In this document: positions 1 through 9,324 of the stretch, piece by piece
Position numbering within the stretch: position 1 is the stretch's first letter
Layout: each line of letters starts with the position of its first letter
Source: Acidimicrobiia bacterium
Lineage (GTDB): Bacteria > Actinomycetota > Acidimicrobiia > Spongiisociales > ZC4RG35
Assembly (NCBI GenBank): GCA_050329955.1
Contig: JBHJOH010000077.1
Span: forward strand, 14,455 to 78,454
Direction: 5' to 3'
DNA: 64,000 nucleotides
Translations under genes and position numbers: made by a program
The notes under the pieces: model-generated
Seen by the model: only the letters and a program-made list of their open reading frames with translations
The model's database searches: none
Told to the model about the DNA's origin: nothing

Positions 1-1381
1 GGGTGAGGTCGCGGCCCTCGAGGTCGCCGTACTCGAGGCCCGCCATCAGCGTGAAGGGCTTGAACGCGGAGCCCGGGTTCCGACGACCCTGCACGGCCAG
101 ATCGAACTGGTCGACCTCGAAGGGGAGGCCGCTTGCCATGACGCGGACCGCCCCGGTGGCTGCCTCGACCGTGGCGATCGCCCCGGTCGGTGAGCAGGAG
201 TTGGCGGCGGCGTAGTTCTCGATCTTCTCCTCGGTGTCCAACCCCAGTTCGCCTGCCAGATTGGCGCACAGGGCCAGGTTGCGATCCTTGTCCGGATAGG
301 GGAGCCATTGCTGGAGGATCCGGTTGGCCTCGTCCTGGGCTTCCAGATCGATGGTCGATTCGATCCTGAGACCCCCACCGCCGCTGCATTCGGTGTCGTC
401 GGCCGGGCAGCCGAAGATGGCGCGTTTGCGCTCCTCCTTGGTGGTGCCGAGGAAGTCGAACTCGTTGCGATCGAGGTCGAGCAACTGTCGCTTGATCTCG
501 GCAACCACGTGCTCGGCCTGCTCCTGGACGGGGCGGTGGGCGCTCACCGTGAGGGGGAGTTCCGAAGCTTCTTCAGCCTGCTCCTCGGTGATCCAGCCGG
601 CTTCCCGCATCTGGACGATCACGTCGTTGCGGCGTTCCAACACCGACTCCGGCCGACGGCGCGGATCGTAGAGGGTGGGGTTTCTGACCAGCACCGAGAG
701 TGTGGCGGCTTCCTCGATGGTGAGATCGTCGATGCCCTTGCGGAAGTACTCGCGGGTTGCGGCGCTGACCCCGTAGGCTCCGTACCCGAAGTACACCGAG
801 TTCAGGTAGTACTCGAGGATCTGTTCCTTCTCGTAGCGTCGTTCCAGTTCAGCGGCCACGAACGCCTCGGCGATCTTGCGGCGGATGCTCACCTCGGCGC
901 CGACGAAGTTCTGCTTGACCACCTGTTGGGTGATGGTGGAACCGCCCCGGGTGGTGTCGAGCAGGACGTTGTCGATGGCGGCCGAGGCGATGGCGGAGAA
1001 GTCGATGCCCTCGTGCACGAAGAACTCCTGGTCCTCGGCGGCAAGGATGGCGTGGATCATCACTTTCGGAATCCGGTCGTACCGGATCGGTCGGCTGATG
1101 CGGCCATCGTGGAGTTCGGCGAGCAGCTCCCCCTCGGAGGCGAACACCCGGGACACGCGGGACAGGTCCGGGAACGCCAGGTCCATCTCGTCGACGTCGG
1201 GGATGAACTCTGCCTCGATGTCGGTGACAGTGCCGTAGGCGGCGTTGGTGCCCATGAAGCTGAACAGGCCCACCCAGGTGGAAGCCAGGACTGCGATGAC
1301 GAGCAGACCGGCGAGGGCGGGGAACCAGCGACCCCGCCGTTCGCGGGCCTCAACCTGATGGAGTGGTGACGTACGAGCCAT
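1..1381 (-). CDS. Class A penicillin-binding protein, N-terminal transmembrane anchor plus GT51 transglycosylase domain (C-terminus lies beyond the window start)
   Basis: Own minus-strand translation from ATG at 1381 gives MARTSPLHQVEAREPRGRWFPALAGLLVIAVL (membrane anchor), then IRYDRIPKVMIHAILAAEDQEFFVHEGIDFSAIASAAIDNVLLDTTRGGSTITQQVVKQNF, the GT51 signature. The ORF runs off the left edge, so it is absent from the supplied track. The plus ORF 308..1369 is its antisense shadow. Confidence 0.8.
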   Translation of the reverse strand, partial: MARTSPLHQVEARERRGRWFPALAGLLVIAVLASTWVGLFSFMGTNAAYGTVTDIEAEFIPDVDEMDLAFPDLSRVSRVFASEGELLAELHDGRISRPIRYDRIPKVMIHAILAAEDQEFFVHEGIDFSAIASAAIDNVLLDTTRGGSTITQQVVKQNFVGAEVSIRRKIAEAFVAAELERRYEKEQILEYYLNSVYFGYGAYGVSAATREYFRKGIDDLTIEEAATLSVLVRNPTLYDPRRRPESVLERRNDVIVQMREAGWITEEQAEEASELPLTVSAHRPVQEQAEHVVAEIKRQLLDLDRNEFDFLGTTKEERKRAIFGCPADDTECSGGGGLRIESTIDLEAQDEANRILQQWLPYPDKDRNLALCANLAGELGLDTEEKIENYAAANSCSPTGAIATVEAATGAVRVMASGLPFEVDQFDLAVQGRRNPGSAFKPFTLMAGLEYGDLEGRDLT

Positions 1382-1495
1382 GGATGCGTATCGCTCTTGA
1401 GTGGGGAGAGTGTTCGTGCCAGGGGATACAACGTCTGGATCCCCTGAAAAGTTGCCGACGCCTGCCGACGTCGACCGCAGTAGGTTATCCCGATC

Positions 1496-3055
1496 GTGGA
1501 CAAGAACGAAGGCACGTCGTCTGGAATCGAGATCGCCGCGGTCTATCGCGCCGAAGTGGTGCCGGATCGAATCGGTGAGCCGGGGGAGTACCCCTTCACC
1601 CGGGGACCCTATCGGGACATGTACCGCGGTCGCCCGTGGACCATGCGCCAGTACGCCGGGTTCGGAACGGCGGAGGAGACCAACGCCCGGTTTCGTTCGC
1701 TGCTGGCGGCCGGGCAGACCGGTCTCTCGGTCGCCTTCGATCTCCCGACCCAGATGGGGCTGGACTCCGACAGCCCGCTCTCCGAAGGGGAGGTGGGGAA
1801 GGTGGGGGTGGCGATCGACTCCATCGATGACATGCGTCGCCTCCTTCACGACCTGCCGCTGGGTGACGTGTCCACGTCGATGACCATCAACGCCACCGCT
1901 CCGATCCTCCTGCTGCTCTATCAGTTGGTGGCCGAGGAGCAGGGTGTTGCAGCCGACCGGATCCGGGGGACCGTTCAGAACGACATCCTCAAGGAATACG
2001 TCGCCCGGGGCACCTACATCTACCCCCCGGGGCCGTCGATGCGGATCGTGACCGACCTGTTCGCCTACGCCGCATCGGAGCTGCCCAACTGGAACACCAT
2101 CTCCATTTCGGGGTACCACATTCGGGAGGCCGGCTCCACTGCCGCCCAGGAGATGGCATTCACGATCGCCAACGGCATCGCCTATGTGAGAGCCGCCGTG
2201 GCCGCCGGCCTCGACATCGACGTGTTCGCTCCCAGGCTCAGCTTCTTCTGGAACGGCCACAACCACTTCTTCGAGGAGATCGCCAAGTTCCGGGCCGCCC
2301 GCCGTATGTGGGCCCGTCTCATGCGCGAGGAGATGGGGGCGACCGACCCCCGCTCGTGGGCGATGCGCTTCCACACCCAGACCGCCGGGTCGACCCTCAC
2401 CGCACAGCAGCCACTCAACAACGTGGTGCGAACCACCGTCCAGGCACTGGCGGCGGTGATGGGCGGGACCCAGTCGCTGCACACCAACTCCTTCGACGAA
2501 GCACTGGGCCTCCCCACCGAGGAGTCCGCCACCCTGGCACTGCGAACCCAGCAGATCCTCGCCTTCGAGTCGGGCACCACCGGCACCGTCGACCCGTTGG
2601 CCGGGTCCTACTTCATCGAGTCGCTCACCGACGAGCTCGAAGCCAGAGCCACGGATCTGTACGACCGGATCGAAGGCATGGGTGGCGCCGTGCGGGCCAT
2701 CGAGGCCGGGTTCATGCAGGCCCAGATCGAGGACGCCGCCTACGAAGAGGCCCGTCGCCAGGAGTCGGGCGAGTCGGTGGTGGTCGGTGTGAACCGCTTC
2801 GCCGAGAACTCGGCCGGCGTCGTCCCTGTCATGAGAATCGACCCCGACCTCGAGGCCGGACAACGCTCCCGTCTGACAGCGTGGAAAGCCCAACGCGACC
2901 CACTCGCGGTCGAAGCCGCACTCGCCGAAATCACCGACACCGCCACAGGACCGGACAATCTGCTCCCGGTCATGAAGCATGCCCTCGTGCTCGGCGCCAC
3001 CGTCGGCGAAGTGTCCGATGCCCTGCGCGGCGTGTTCGGAGTGCACAGACCGTAA
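1496..3055 (+). CDS. Methylmalonyl-CoA mutase family catalytic (large) subunit without a B12-binding domain
   Basis: 519 aa with MCM N-terminal (beta/alpha)8 domain motifs: [57 protein letters not shown]. It ends before any DxHxxG B12 domain. GTG start. Confidence 0.85.
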   Translation: MDKNEGTSSGIEIAAVYRAEVVPDRIGEPGEYPFTRGPYRDMYRGRPWTMRQYAGFGTAEETNARFRSLLAAGQTGLSVAFDLPTQMGLDSDSPLSEGEVGKVGVAIDSIDDMRRLLHDLPLGDVSTSMTINATAPILLLLYQLVAEEQGVAADRIRGTVQNDILKEYVARGTYIYPPGPSMRIVTDLFAYAASELPNWNTISISGYHIREAGSTAAQEMAFTIANGIAYVRAAVAAGLDIDVFAPRLSFFWNGHNHFFEEIAKFRAARRMWARLMREEMGATDPRSWAMRFHTQTAGSTLTAQQPLNNVVRTTVQALAAVMGGTQSLHTNSFDEALGLPTEESATLALRTQQILAFESGTTGTVDPLAGSYFIESLTDELEARATDLYDRIEGMGGAVRAIEAGFMQAQIEDAAYEEARRQESGESVVVGVNRFAENSAGVVPVMRIDPDLEAGQRSRLTAWKAQRDPLAVEAALAEITDTATGPDNLLPVMKHALVLGATVGEVSDALRGVFGVHRP

Positions 3056-3298
3056 CGAGCGACGAGCGACGAGCGACGAGCTGCCAGCCGCTTGCGGGCT
3101 TCACCGTGGTCTCGTCAGGTCTGGCACCGCCTCCGGACCTGCGGTCGGCGGACACATCTCCCTTCGGGCAGTTCCGCAACAACCTCCACCTCCGCCACAC
3201 ACGCGTAGGGGCGGCCGAGGCGCGAGTACGCCCAAACCCGAACCCTTGGCTCGTTGCTTTGGCTCGTCGCTCGTTGCTTTGGCTCGTAGCTCGTCGCT
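3056..3298. repeat. Intergenic element bounded by inverted heptamer arrays: (CGAGCGA)n at 3056-3082 and (GCTCGTN)n at 3248-3298, with a core containing GTAGGGGCGGCCGAGGCG (3205-3222)
   Basis: Read directly. The left array starts at the nucleotide after the mutase stop codon. The right array is the reverse-complement type. The 18-mer recurs at 9107-9124 in a second element. Confidence 0.6.
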
Positions 3299-3348
3299 GG
3301 CCTACCTGGTACCTGGTAGCTTTCCGGCTGTCGAGTAGCCTCTCGGCG

Positions 3349-4722
3349 GTGAGCGCTCCTACTCATTCCACCCCGGTCCGGTTTCTCGTCGTGGGTGGAG
3401 GGCCGGCCGGTGTGGCCGCCGCCACCACTGCTGCTTCGTTGGGGGCGAGGGTCACGCTCGTCGAGAAGTCGATCATCGGTGGTGCCGCTCATCTGTGGGA
3501 TTGCATCCCGTCGAAGACGATGGCGGCCACGGCCATCCGGGCCGACTCGATCCGCAACGCCGCCAAGTTCGGGTTGGTCGCCGACCCGGGGCGGATCAAT
3601 CCGGCCGAACTGGCGGAGCGGATTCAAACAATCTCGAGCGACATCACCAAGAGCTGGGTTCAGCTGCTCGATTCCCAGGACGTCGAGATCCTGCGGGGGC
3701 GGGGACGGTTCACGGACCCGAACACGGCGGTGATCGCCACCGACGACGGGGGCGAGGTCACCCGCTCCTTCGATATCGCGCTGGTGTCGACGGGGTCGGA
3801 CCCCCGGGTGCCCGAGTGGGTGATCGTCGATGGTGAGCGCATCCTCACCACCCGCGACGCCTACGACCTCCCCACGATTCCCGAACATCTGGTGGTGATC
3901 GGCTCGGGTGTCACCGGCGTCGAGTTCGTACACATCTTCGAGTCCCTCGGCTCGCAGGTCACCCTGGTCGTCAGCCGTCAGCACATTCTGCCGCACCGTG
4001 ACGCCGAGGTGGCGTCGGTACTCCAGGAGGACTTCCTCGATCGGGGTGTGAAGCTGGTGATGGGTGCCCGCGCCACCGCCATCGAACGCGAGGGTGAGGG
4101 AGTGGTGGTCAAGTGTGATGACGGCCGTGCCGTGCGTGGGAGCCATGCACTGCTCGCCATCGGGTCGGTGCCGCTGACCGACGGGATCGGGCTGGCCGAG
4201 GCGGGTGTCGAGACCGACCACGGGTACATCGGTGTCGATGCCTACCAGCGATCCTCCGCACCGCACATCTACGCGGCCGGTGACTGCACCGGGCAGATGC
4301 CGCTCTCGTCGGTCGCATCGATGCAGGGTCGAAAGATCGCCCGCCACGCCATGGGGCTGCCCGTGACGCCCATCGACTATCAGAAGGTCACCCAGGCCGT
4401 TTTCACCCAGCCCGAGATCGCCTCGGTGGGTCTCGAAGAGGTGGGGGCCGCCCAGGAAGGTCGGAAGGTGCGCACCACCAAGGTGCCGTTCGCCTCCAAC
4501 GCCCGTTCGGTTTTGCAGGGATACACGAGAGGTTTCGTGAAGGTGATCTCCGATCCGGCCACGGGCGTCGTCCTCGGCGGCACCATCGTCGGCCACCGTG
4601 CCTCGGAGCTGATCGGGATCATCGCGCTGGCGGTGCAGGCCCGGGTCACCGTCTCGATGCTGGTCGAGACTCTCATGGTCCACCCCAGTCTCAGCGAGAG
4701 CATCACCGACGCTGCCGAGTGA
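3349..4722 (+). CDS. FAD/NAD(P)-dependent pyridine nucleotide-disulfide oxidoreductase, LpdA-like (dihydrolipoamide dehydrogenase homolog with only one active-site Cys)
   Basis: Rossmann FAD motif VVGGGPAGVAAA, a second NAD motif VVIGSGVTGVEF, and a C-terminal dimerisation domain (HPSLSE). The active-site region reads GGAAHLWDCIPSK, where Lpd has CxxxxC. Putative GTG start at 3349. The 804-aa ORF 2308..4722 is an artefactual N-terminal extension. Confidence 0.75.
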   Translation: MSAPTHSTPVRFLVVGGGPAGVAAATTAASLGARVTLVEKSIIGGAAHLWDCIPSKTMAATAIRADSIRNAAKFGLVADPGRINPAELAERIQTISSDITKSWVQLLDSQDVEILRGRGRFTDPNTAVIATDDGGEVTRSFDIALVSTGSDPRVPEWVIVDGERILTTRDAYDLPTIPEHLVVIGSGVTGVEFVHIFESLGSQVTLVVSRQHILPHRDAEVASVLQEDFLDRGVKLVMGARATAIEREGEGVVVKCDDGRAVRGSHALLAIGSVPLTDGIGLAEAGVETDHGYIGVDAYQRSSAPHIYAAGDCTGQMPLSSVASMQGRKIARHAMGLPVTPIDYQKVTQAVFTQPEIASVGLEEVGAAQEGRKVRTTKVPFASNARSVLQGYTRGFVKVISDPATGVVLGGTIVGHRASELIGIIALAVQARVTVSMLVETLMVHPSLSESITDAAE

Positions 4723-4783
4723 GGTCGTCGGCCCCGGGCGCTTCCAGGACCATTCTGGACAGGACAAAGAAGCACCGACGGTG

Positions 4784-6526
4784 CTACTTGATGATGGCGA
4801 TGACCTCTCCCGCAGCGACGGTGTCGCCCGGTTGAACCCTCAGGTCCACCAGTTCACCGTCGATCGGGGCCTTGACCTCGTTCTCCATCTTCATGGCCTC
4901 GAGCACACAGATCGTGGCGCCGGCGGTCACCCGCTCGCCCGCCTTGGCGCTCACCTTGACGATCGTTCCCTGCATCGGGGCGGCGATGATCCCATCGGAG
5001 TGCCCGCCGGCCGTGGTCCGTTCCAGCTTCGGTGGCCTCCGACGGGTCGCTCCGGGTCCCGCCGACGACGGGGCATCCGGTGCCCAGAACGCCACTTCGA
5101 ACCGACGTCCGCCCACCTCGACCGTCATCGCCCTCCGGGTGAGCGCTTCCTCGGCGGGAAGCGTCTCGGTCTGGATGGGGTGAGCCGCAACCATCTGGAC
5201 GTCGGTCTCCATCCACCTGGTGTGGTGGCGCCCGGCGATGAAGTCGGGGTGAGCCAGCACGACCTGGTGGGCGGGAATCGTGGTCGCAACACCATGGACG
5301 ACGTATTCGTCGAGCGCCCGACGTGCCCGCGCGATCGCCTCGGTGCGGGTCGGGCCCCACACCACGAGCTTGGCCATCAGATTGTCGTAGTACTGGCTCA
5401 CGGTCGACGCCGGTCGAACCCAGCCGTCCACCCGCACGCCGATCCCGGATGGTTCGCGGTACTCCGAGATGCGGCCGGGGGAGGGGATGAAATTCCGGTA
5501 CGGGTCCTCGGCATTGATGCGGAGCTCGATGGCGTGGCCCCTCGGTTCGACCGAGGTCGTGGACAGTGGCTCGCCGTTGGCGATGCGGATCTGCTCGCGC
5601 ACCAGATCGAGGCCGGTCACCATCTCGGTCACCGTGTGCTCGACCTGGAGTCTCGTGTTCATCTCGAGGAAGTAGAAGTCTCCGCTCTGGTCGAGCAGGA
5701 ACTCGACGGTGCCGGCGTTGACGTACCCGCACGATCGCGCCACCGACAGCGCCGCCTCTCCGAACCGGGCCCTGATCTCGGGCGTCATCGCCGACGATGG
5801 GGTTTCCTCGACGAGTTTCTGATGGCGCCGTTGGACCGAGCAGTCCCGCTCCCCGGCGAACAGCTCGCCACCGTGGGTGTCCAAGAGGATCTGTGCCTCC
5901 ACGTGGCGGGGACGGTCGATGTACTTCTCGACATACACCTCGGGACTCCCGAAGTACGCCTCGGCTTCGCGGCGGGCGCCGTCATAGGCGTCGGAGACCT
6001 CGGAGGCGTCCCACACCACGCGAAGACCCTTGCCCCCGCCACCGTGGGCGGCCTTGATGGCGACCGGATAGCCGAAGTCTGCGGCGACGACCTTGACCCC
6101 ATCCGCATGCTCCAGCGGCTCCACCGTTCCGGGCACCGTCGGTGCGCCGGCGGCGATGGCGGCCCGGCGGGAGGAGATCTTGTCGCCCATGACCCGAATG
6201 GCCGCAGGTGGCGGGCCAACCCATCCGATCCCGGCATCGATCACCCGCTGAGCGAAGTCGGCGTTCTCGGACAGAAACCCGTACCCGGGGTGGATCGCAG
6301 CAGCGCGCGACTCGCGGGCGATCTCCAGAACCCGATTCGAATTGAGATACGAATCCGCCGGTGCGGCTCCCCCCACGTTCCACGCCTCGTGGGCCAACTC
6401 GACGTGCAGAGCGTCGCGATCGAGCTCGGAGTACACCGCAATGGTCCGCAGACCCATCTCCCGGGCCGTGCGGATCACCCGCACCGCGATCTCGCCCCGG
6501 TTGGCGATGAGAATCGACTCGAACAT
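4784..6526 (-). CDS. pccA: Acyl-CoA (acetyl/propionyl-CoA) carboxylase alpha subunit: biotin carboxylase plus C-terminal biotin carboxyl carrier domain
   Basis: MFESILIANRGEIAVRVIRTA N-terminus, ATP-grasp motifs, and C-terminal EAMKMENEV biotinylation motif. ATG at 6526 preferred over the GTG at 6592, which lies inside the heptamer array. Confidence 0.85.
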   Translation of the reverse strand: MFESILIANRGEIAVRVIRTAREMGLRTIAVYSELDRDALHVELAHEAWNVGGAAPADSYLNSNRVLEIARESRAAAIHPGYGFLSENADFAQRVIDAGIGWVGPPPAAIRVMGDKISSRRAAIAAGAPTVPGTVEPLEHADGVKVVAADFGYPVAIKAAHGGGGKGLRVVWDASEVSDAYDGARREAEAYFGSPEVYVEKYIDRPRHVEAQILLDTHGGELFAGERDCSVQRRHQKLVEETPSSAMTPEIRARFGEAALSVARSCGYVNAGTVEFLLDQSGDFYFLEMNTRLQVEHTVTEMVTGLDLVREQIRIANGEPLSTTSVEPRGHAIELRINAEDPYRNFIPSPGRISEYREPSGIGVRVDGWVRPASTVSQYYDNLMAKLVVWGPTRTEAIARARRALDEYVVHGVATTIPAHQVVLAHPDFIAGRHHTRWMETDVQMVAAHPIQTETLPAEEALTRRAMTVEVGGRRFEVAFWAPDAPSSAGPGATRRRPPKLERTTAGGHSDGIIAAPMQGTIVKVSAKAGERVTAGATICVLEAMKMENEVKAPIDGELVDLRVQPGDTVAAGEVIAIIK

Positions 6527-6581
6527 CAGCAGGGGCCCGTCGAAGAACGCATCGGAGGAATGGTAGGTGCCGCGAAGCGGG

Positions 6582-6640
6582 GCTGCAGCCACCAGCTGCC
6601 AGCTGCCAGCTGCCAGCTCCCAGCTGCCAGCTCCCAGCTC
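6582..6640. repeat. (AGCTGCC/AGCTCCC)n heptamer tandem array, about 8 units, directly after the pccB stop and upstream of pccA
   Basis: Sequence reads ccagctgccagctgccagctgccagctcccagctgccagctcccagctc. Confidence 0.7.
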
Positions 6641-8190
6641 TACAGCGGAATGTTCCCGTGCTTTCTCGGTGGCATCACTTCGCGCTTGGTGCGGAGCATG
6701 GCGAGTGCTCTGATCAGTTTGACCCTGGTCTCGCGGGGTTCGATGACTTCGTCGACCAGCCCGAGCTCGGCGGCGCGGTAGGGGTTGTTGAACTGGCTTT
6801 CGTACTCGGAGATCAGCTCGGTGCGGCGTGCCTCGACGTCGTCGGCGTCGGCGATCTCACGGCGGAACACTACGTTGACCGCACCCTGGGCGCCCATGAC
6901 GGCGATCTCGGCGGATGGCCATGCGTACACCAGGTCGGCGCGGATGCCGCGGGCGTTCATCACCAGATAGGCGCCGCCGTAGGCCTTGCGGGTGATGACT
7001 GTGACCCTGGGCACGGTGGCTTCGCAGTAGGCGTACAACAGCTTGGCGCCGTGGCGGATGATCCCCTGATGTTCCTGGGCGACACCGGGGAGGAACCCGG
7101 GCACGTCGACGAAGGTGACGAGCGGAATGTTGAAGGCGTCGCAGAAACGGACGAATCGGGCCGCCTTCTCGGACGCCTCGATGTCGAGGGTGCCGGCCAA
7201 CACGGCAGGCTGGTTGGCGACGATGCCGACCGAGTGCCCGTCGAGACGGGCGAAGCCGACCAGGATGTTCTTGGCGAAGTGCTCGTGGACCTGGAAGAAC
7301 TCGCCGTCGTCGACCACCTGGCCGATGAGCGTCACCATGTCGTACGGCTGGTTGGCGGAATCGGGAATGATGCGGTCGAGGCTGTCCTCGATCCGATCGC
7401 GACTGTCGGTGGGCGCGAAGTACGGCGGCATCTCCATGTTGTTCTGCGGCACGAACGACAGCAGGTAGCGGACAGTCTCGAGCGCCGTCTCGCCGTCGGG
7501 CATCACGAAGTGGGTGACACCGGATTTCGAGGCGTGGGTGAAGGCTCCGCCCAACTCCTCGAAGGTGACATCTTCGCCGGTCACGGTCTTGATGACGTCC
7601 GGCCCGGTGATGAACATGTGCGAGGTTCCGTCGACCTGGAAGATGAAGTCGGTGATGGCGGGGGAGTAGACGGCGCCACCGGCGCACGGGCCCATGATGA
7701 GCGAGATCTGGGGGATCACCCCCGACGACCGTACGTTGCGCTCGAAGATGCGCCCATACCCGTCGAGGGCGGCGACGCCCTCCTGGATGCGGGCCCCGCC
7801 CGAGTCCTTCAGACCGATGAGGGGAGCGCCCATCTCCAAGGCCATGTCCATGACCTTGCATATCTTGGCGGCGACCGCCGATCCGAGGCTGCCACCGAAG
7901 ACGGTGAAGTCTTCGGCGAACACGAACACGGTGCGACCGTCGACGGTGCCCCACCCGGTCACCACGGCGTCGCCCGGCGGCCGTTTGTCCTCGATGCCGA
8001 AGCCGCGGGCCTGATGGCGCACCATCATGTCGACTTCCTGGAACGAGCCCTTGTCGAGGAGCAGGTCGATGCGTTCGCGAGCGGTCAGCTTTCCCTGCTC
8101 GTGCTGGCGCGCCACCGCCCGCTCACTCCCGGCATGCAGGGATTCATCCCTCAGCCGTCTCAGTTGCTCGATACGAGCCTCGGTGCCCAC
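6640..8190 (-). CDS. pccB: Propionyl-CoA carboxylase beta subunit (carboxyltransferase)
   Basis: RIEQLRRLRDESLHAGSERAVARQHEQGKLTARERIDLLLDKGSFQE N-terminus and two carboxyltransferase domains. GTG at 8190 follows a GGAGGAGA ribosome-binding site. The first ~200 residues of ORF 6640..8799 are non-coding extension. Confidence 0.85.
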   Translation of the reverse strand: MGTEARIEQLRRLRDESLHAGSERAVARQHEQGKLTARERIDLLLDKGSFQEVDMMVRHQARGFGIEDKRPPGDAVVTGWGTVDGRTVFVFAEDFTVFGGSLGSAVAAKICKVMDMALEMGAPLIGLKDSGGARIQEGVAALDGYGRIFERNVRSSGVIPQISLIMGPCAGGAVYSPAITDFIFQVDGTSHMFITGPDVIKTVTGEDVTFEELGGAFTHASKSGVTHFVMPDGETALETVRYLLSFVPQNNMEMPPYFAPTDSRDRIEDSLDRIIPDSANQPYDMVTLIGQVVDDGEFFQVHEHFAKNILVGFARLDGHSVGIVANQPAVLAGTLDIEASEKAARFVRFCDAFNIPLVTFVDVPGFLPGVAQEHQGIIRHGAKLLYAYCEATVPRVTVITRKAYGGAYLVMNARGIRADLVYAWPSAEIAVMGAQGAVNVVFRREIADADDVEARRTELISEYESQFNNPYRAAELGLVDEVIEPRETRVKLIRALAMLRTKREVMPPRKHGNIPL

Positions 8191-8229
8191 CGTGTCTCCT
8201 CCGGGTCGGCCTGTACGATTCCGCACAGT

Positions 8230-8916
8230 ATGGCAACACCCTATTCGGTCGTTCGGCTGGGCGTGACCGACTCCACCCAGGACGATGCCCGTCGGCACCT
8301 CATCGATGAACCCGTCCTGGTGATCGCCGACGCCCAGACGGCCGGTCGTGGTCGCGGCGGGTCGACCTGGAAAACAGCTCCGCGAGCCGTTGCCATGTCG
8401 CTGGCGCTCCGGCCCGAATGGCCGGTATCGAGTTGGCCGCTGTTGCCGCTGCTCGCCGCAGTGGCCGCCGCCCGGGTGGTCGACTGCCAGCTCAAGTGGC
8501 CCAACGACCTCCTGGTGGCCGGCCGCAAGGTCGGTGGGATCCTGGTGGAGGCCGGCGATGGCCCGGTCGTGATCGGTCTCGGTCTCAACCTGTGGTGGCA
8601 GGACGCCCCCGGCGGCTACGGCGCCGTGTTCGCTGATGAGCCGCTCGACAATCAACCCGATGCGATGGCCGGCTCCTGGGCCGACCACCTGCTGGGCCTC
8701 GTGGGAGCCGGACCCGGCGTCTGGCCCCACGACGAGTACGTCAGTCGCTGCGTCACGATCGGCGCCGACATCACCTGGGACCCCGCCGGCGAAGGACACG
8801 CCGTCGGAATCGCACCGGACGGAGCCCTCATCGTGGAAACCCCCACCGGACCGAAGACGATCCGCTCAGGTGAGGTCAGGCATCTGAAGACAACAGCCAC
8901 CAGCTACGAGCCATGA
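8230..8916 (+). CDS. birA: Biotin--[acetyl-CoA-carboxylase] ligase, group I (no HTH domain)
   Basis: GRGRGGSTW and KWPNDLLVAGRKVGGILVE signatures. Divergent from pccB with a 39-bp gap. ORF 6658..8916 upstream of 8230 is the antisense shadow of pccB. Confidence 0.8.
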   Translation: MATPYSVVRLGVTDSTQDDARRHLIDEPVLVIADAQTAGRGRGGSTWKTAPRAVAMSLALRPEWPVSSWPLLPLLAAVAAARVVDCQLKWPNDLLVAGRKVGGILVEAGDGPVVIGLGLNLWWQDAPGGYGAVFADEPLDNQPDAMAGSWADHLLGLVGAGPGVWPHDEYVSRCVTIGADITWDPAGEGHAVGIAPDGALIVETPTGPKTIRSGEVRHLKTTATSYEP

Positions 8917-9320
8917 GCGACGAGCTACGAGCCATGAGCGACGAGCGACGAGCCAGAAGAGCTGCTCGCTATCGCGGGATGGTCTGTGCCATGGCGTTGA
9001 GCGGAGGATGTGGACGGCTGCGACCACCCGCCATCGGTGGAGGTTCACAGCTCCAGCATGGCTCTACGAAGAACGTGCCTGCACGGGCCGGTGGGCCGGT
9101 TCCGGGTAGGGGCGGCCGAGGCGGGCGAGGACGCTCTATGCCCGAGCCGTGTTACCCGGCGAAGGCGAGGGGTCGCCGCAGATGGCAACGAACTTGGCGG
9201 TCGAAACGCAAACGATGCCCTGGCGGTAAGGCGTAAACGATCCCCTGGCGGTTCTCCCGCAGCCAGTCTCGCTCGTAGCTCGTAGCTCGTAGCTCGTAGC
9301 TCGTAGCTCGTAGCTCGTAG
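8901..9320. repeat. About 420-bp intergenic element bounded by inverted heptamer arrays: (CGAGCTA/CGAGCGA)n at 8901-8954 and (TAGCTCG)7 at 9271-9320, with the core 18-mer GTAGGGGCGGCCGAGGCG at 9107-9124
   Basis: Read directly. The left array overlaps the last birA codons. The right array ends at the stop codon of the convergent dienelactone-hydrolase gene. ORF 8913..9236 inside it is not credible. Confidence 0.6.
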
Positions 9321-9324
9321 CTAG

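Noticed and set aside
1401-1883. 160-aa plus ORF overlapping the mutase start
   Set aside because: Arg-rich junk frame. The mutase frame from GTG 1496 carries the conserved N-terminal MCM motifs.
8913-9236. 107-aa ORF inside the birA/DLH intergenic element
   Set aside because: Arg/Gly-rich translation with no start context. It lies wholly within the repeat-bounded element.
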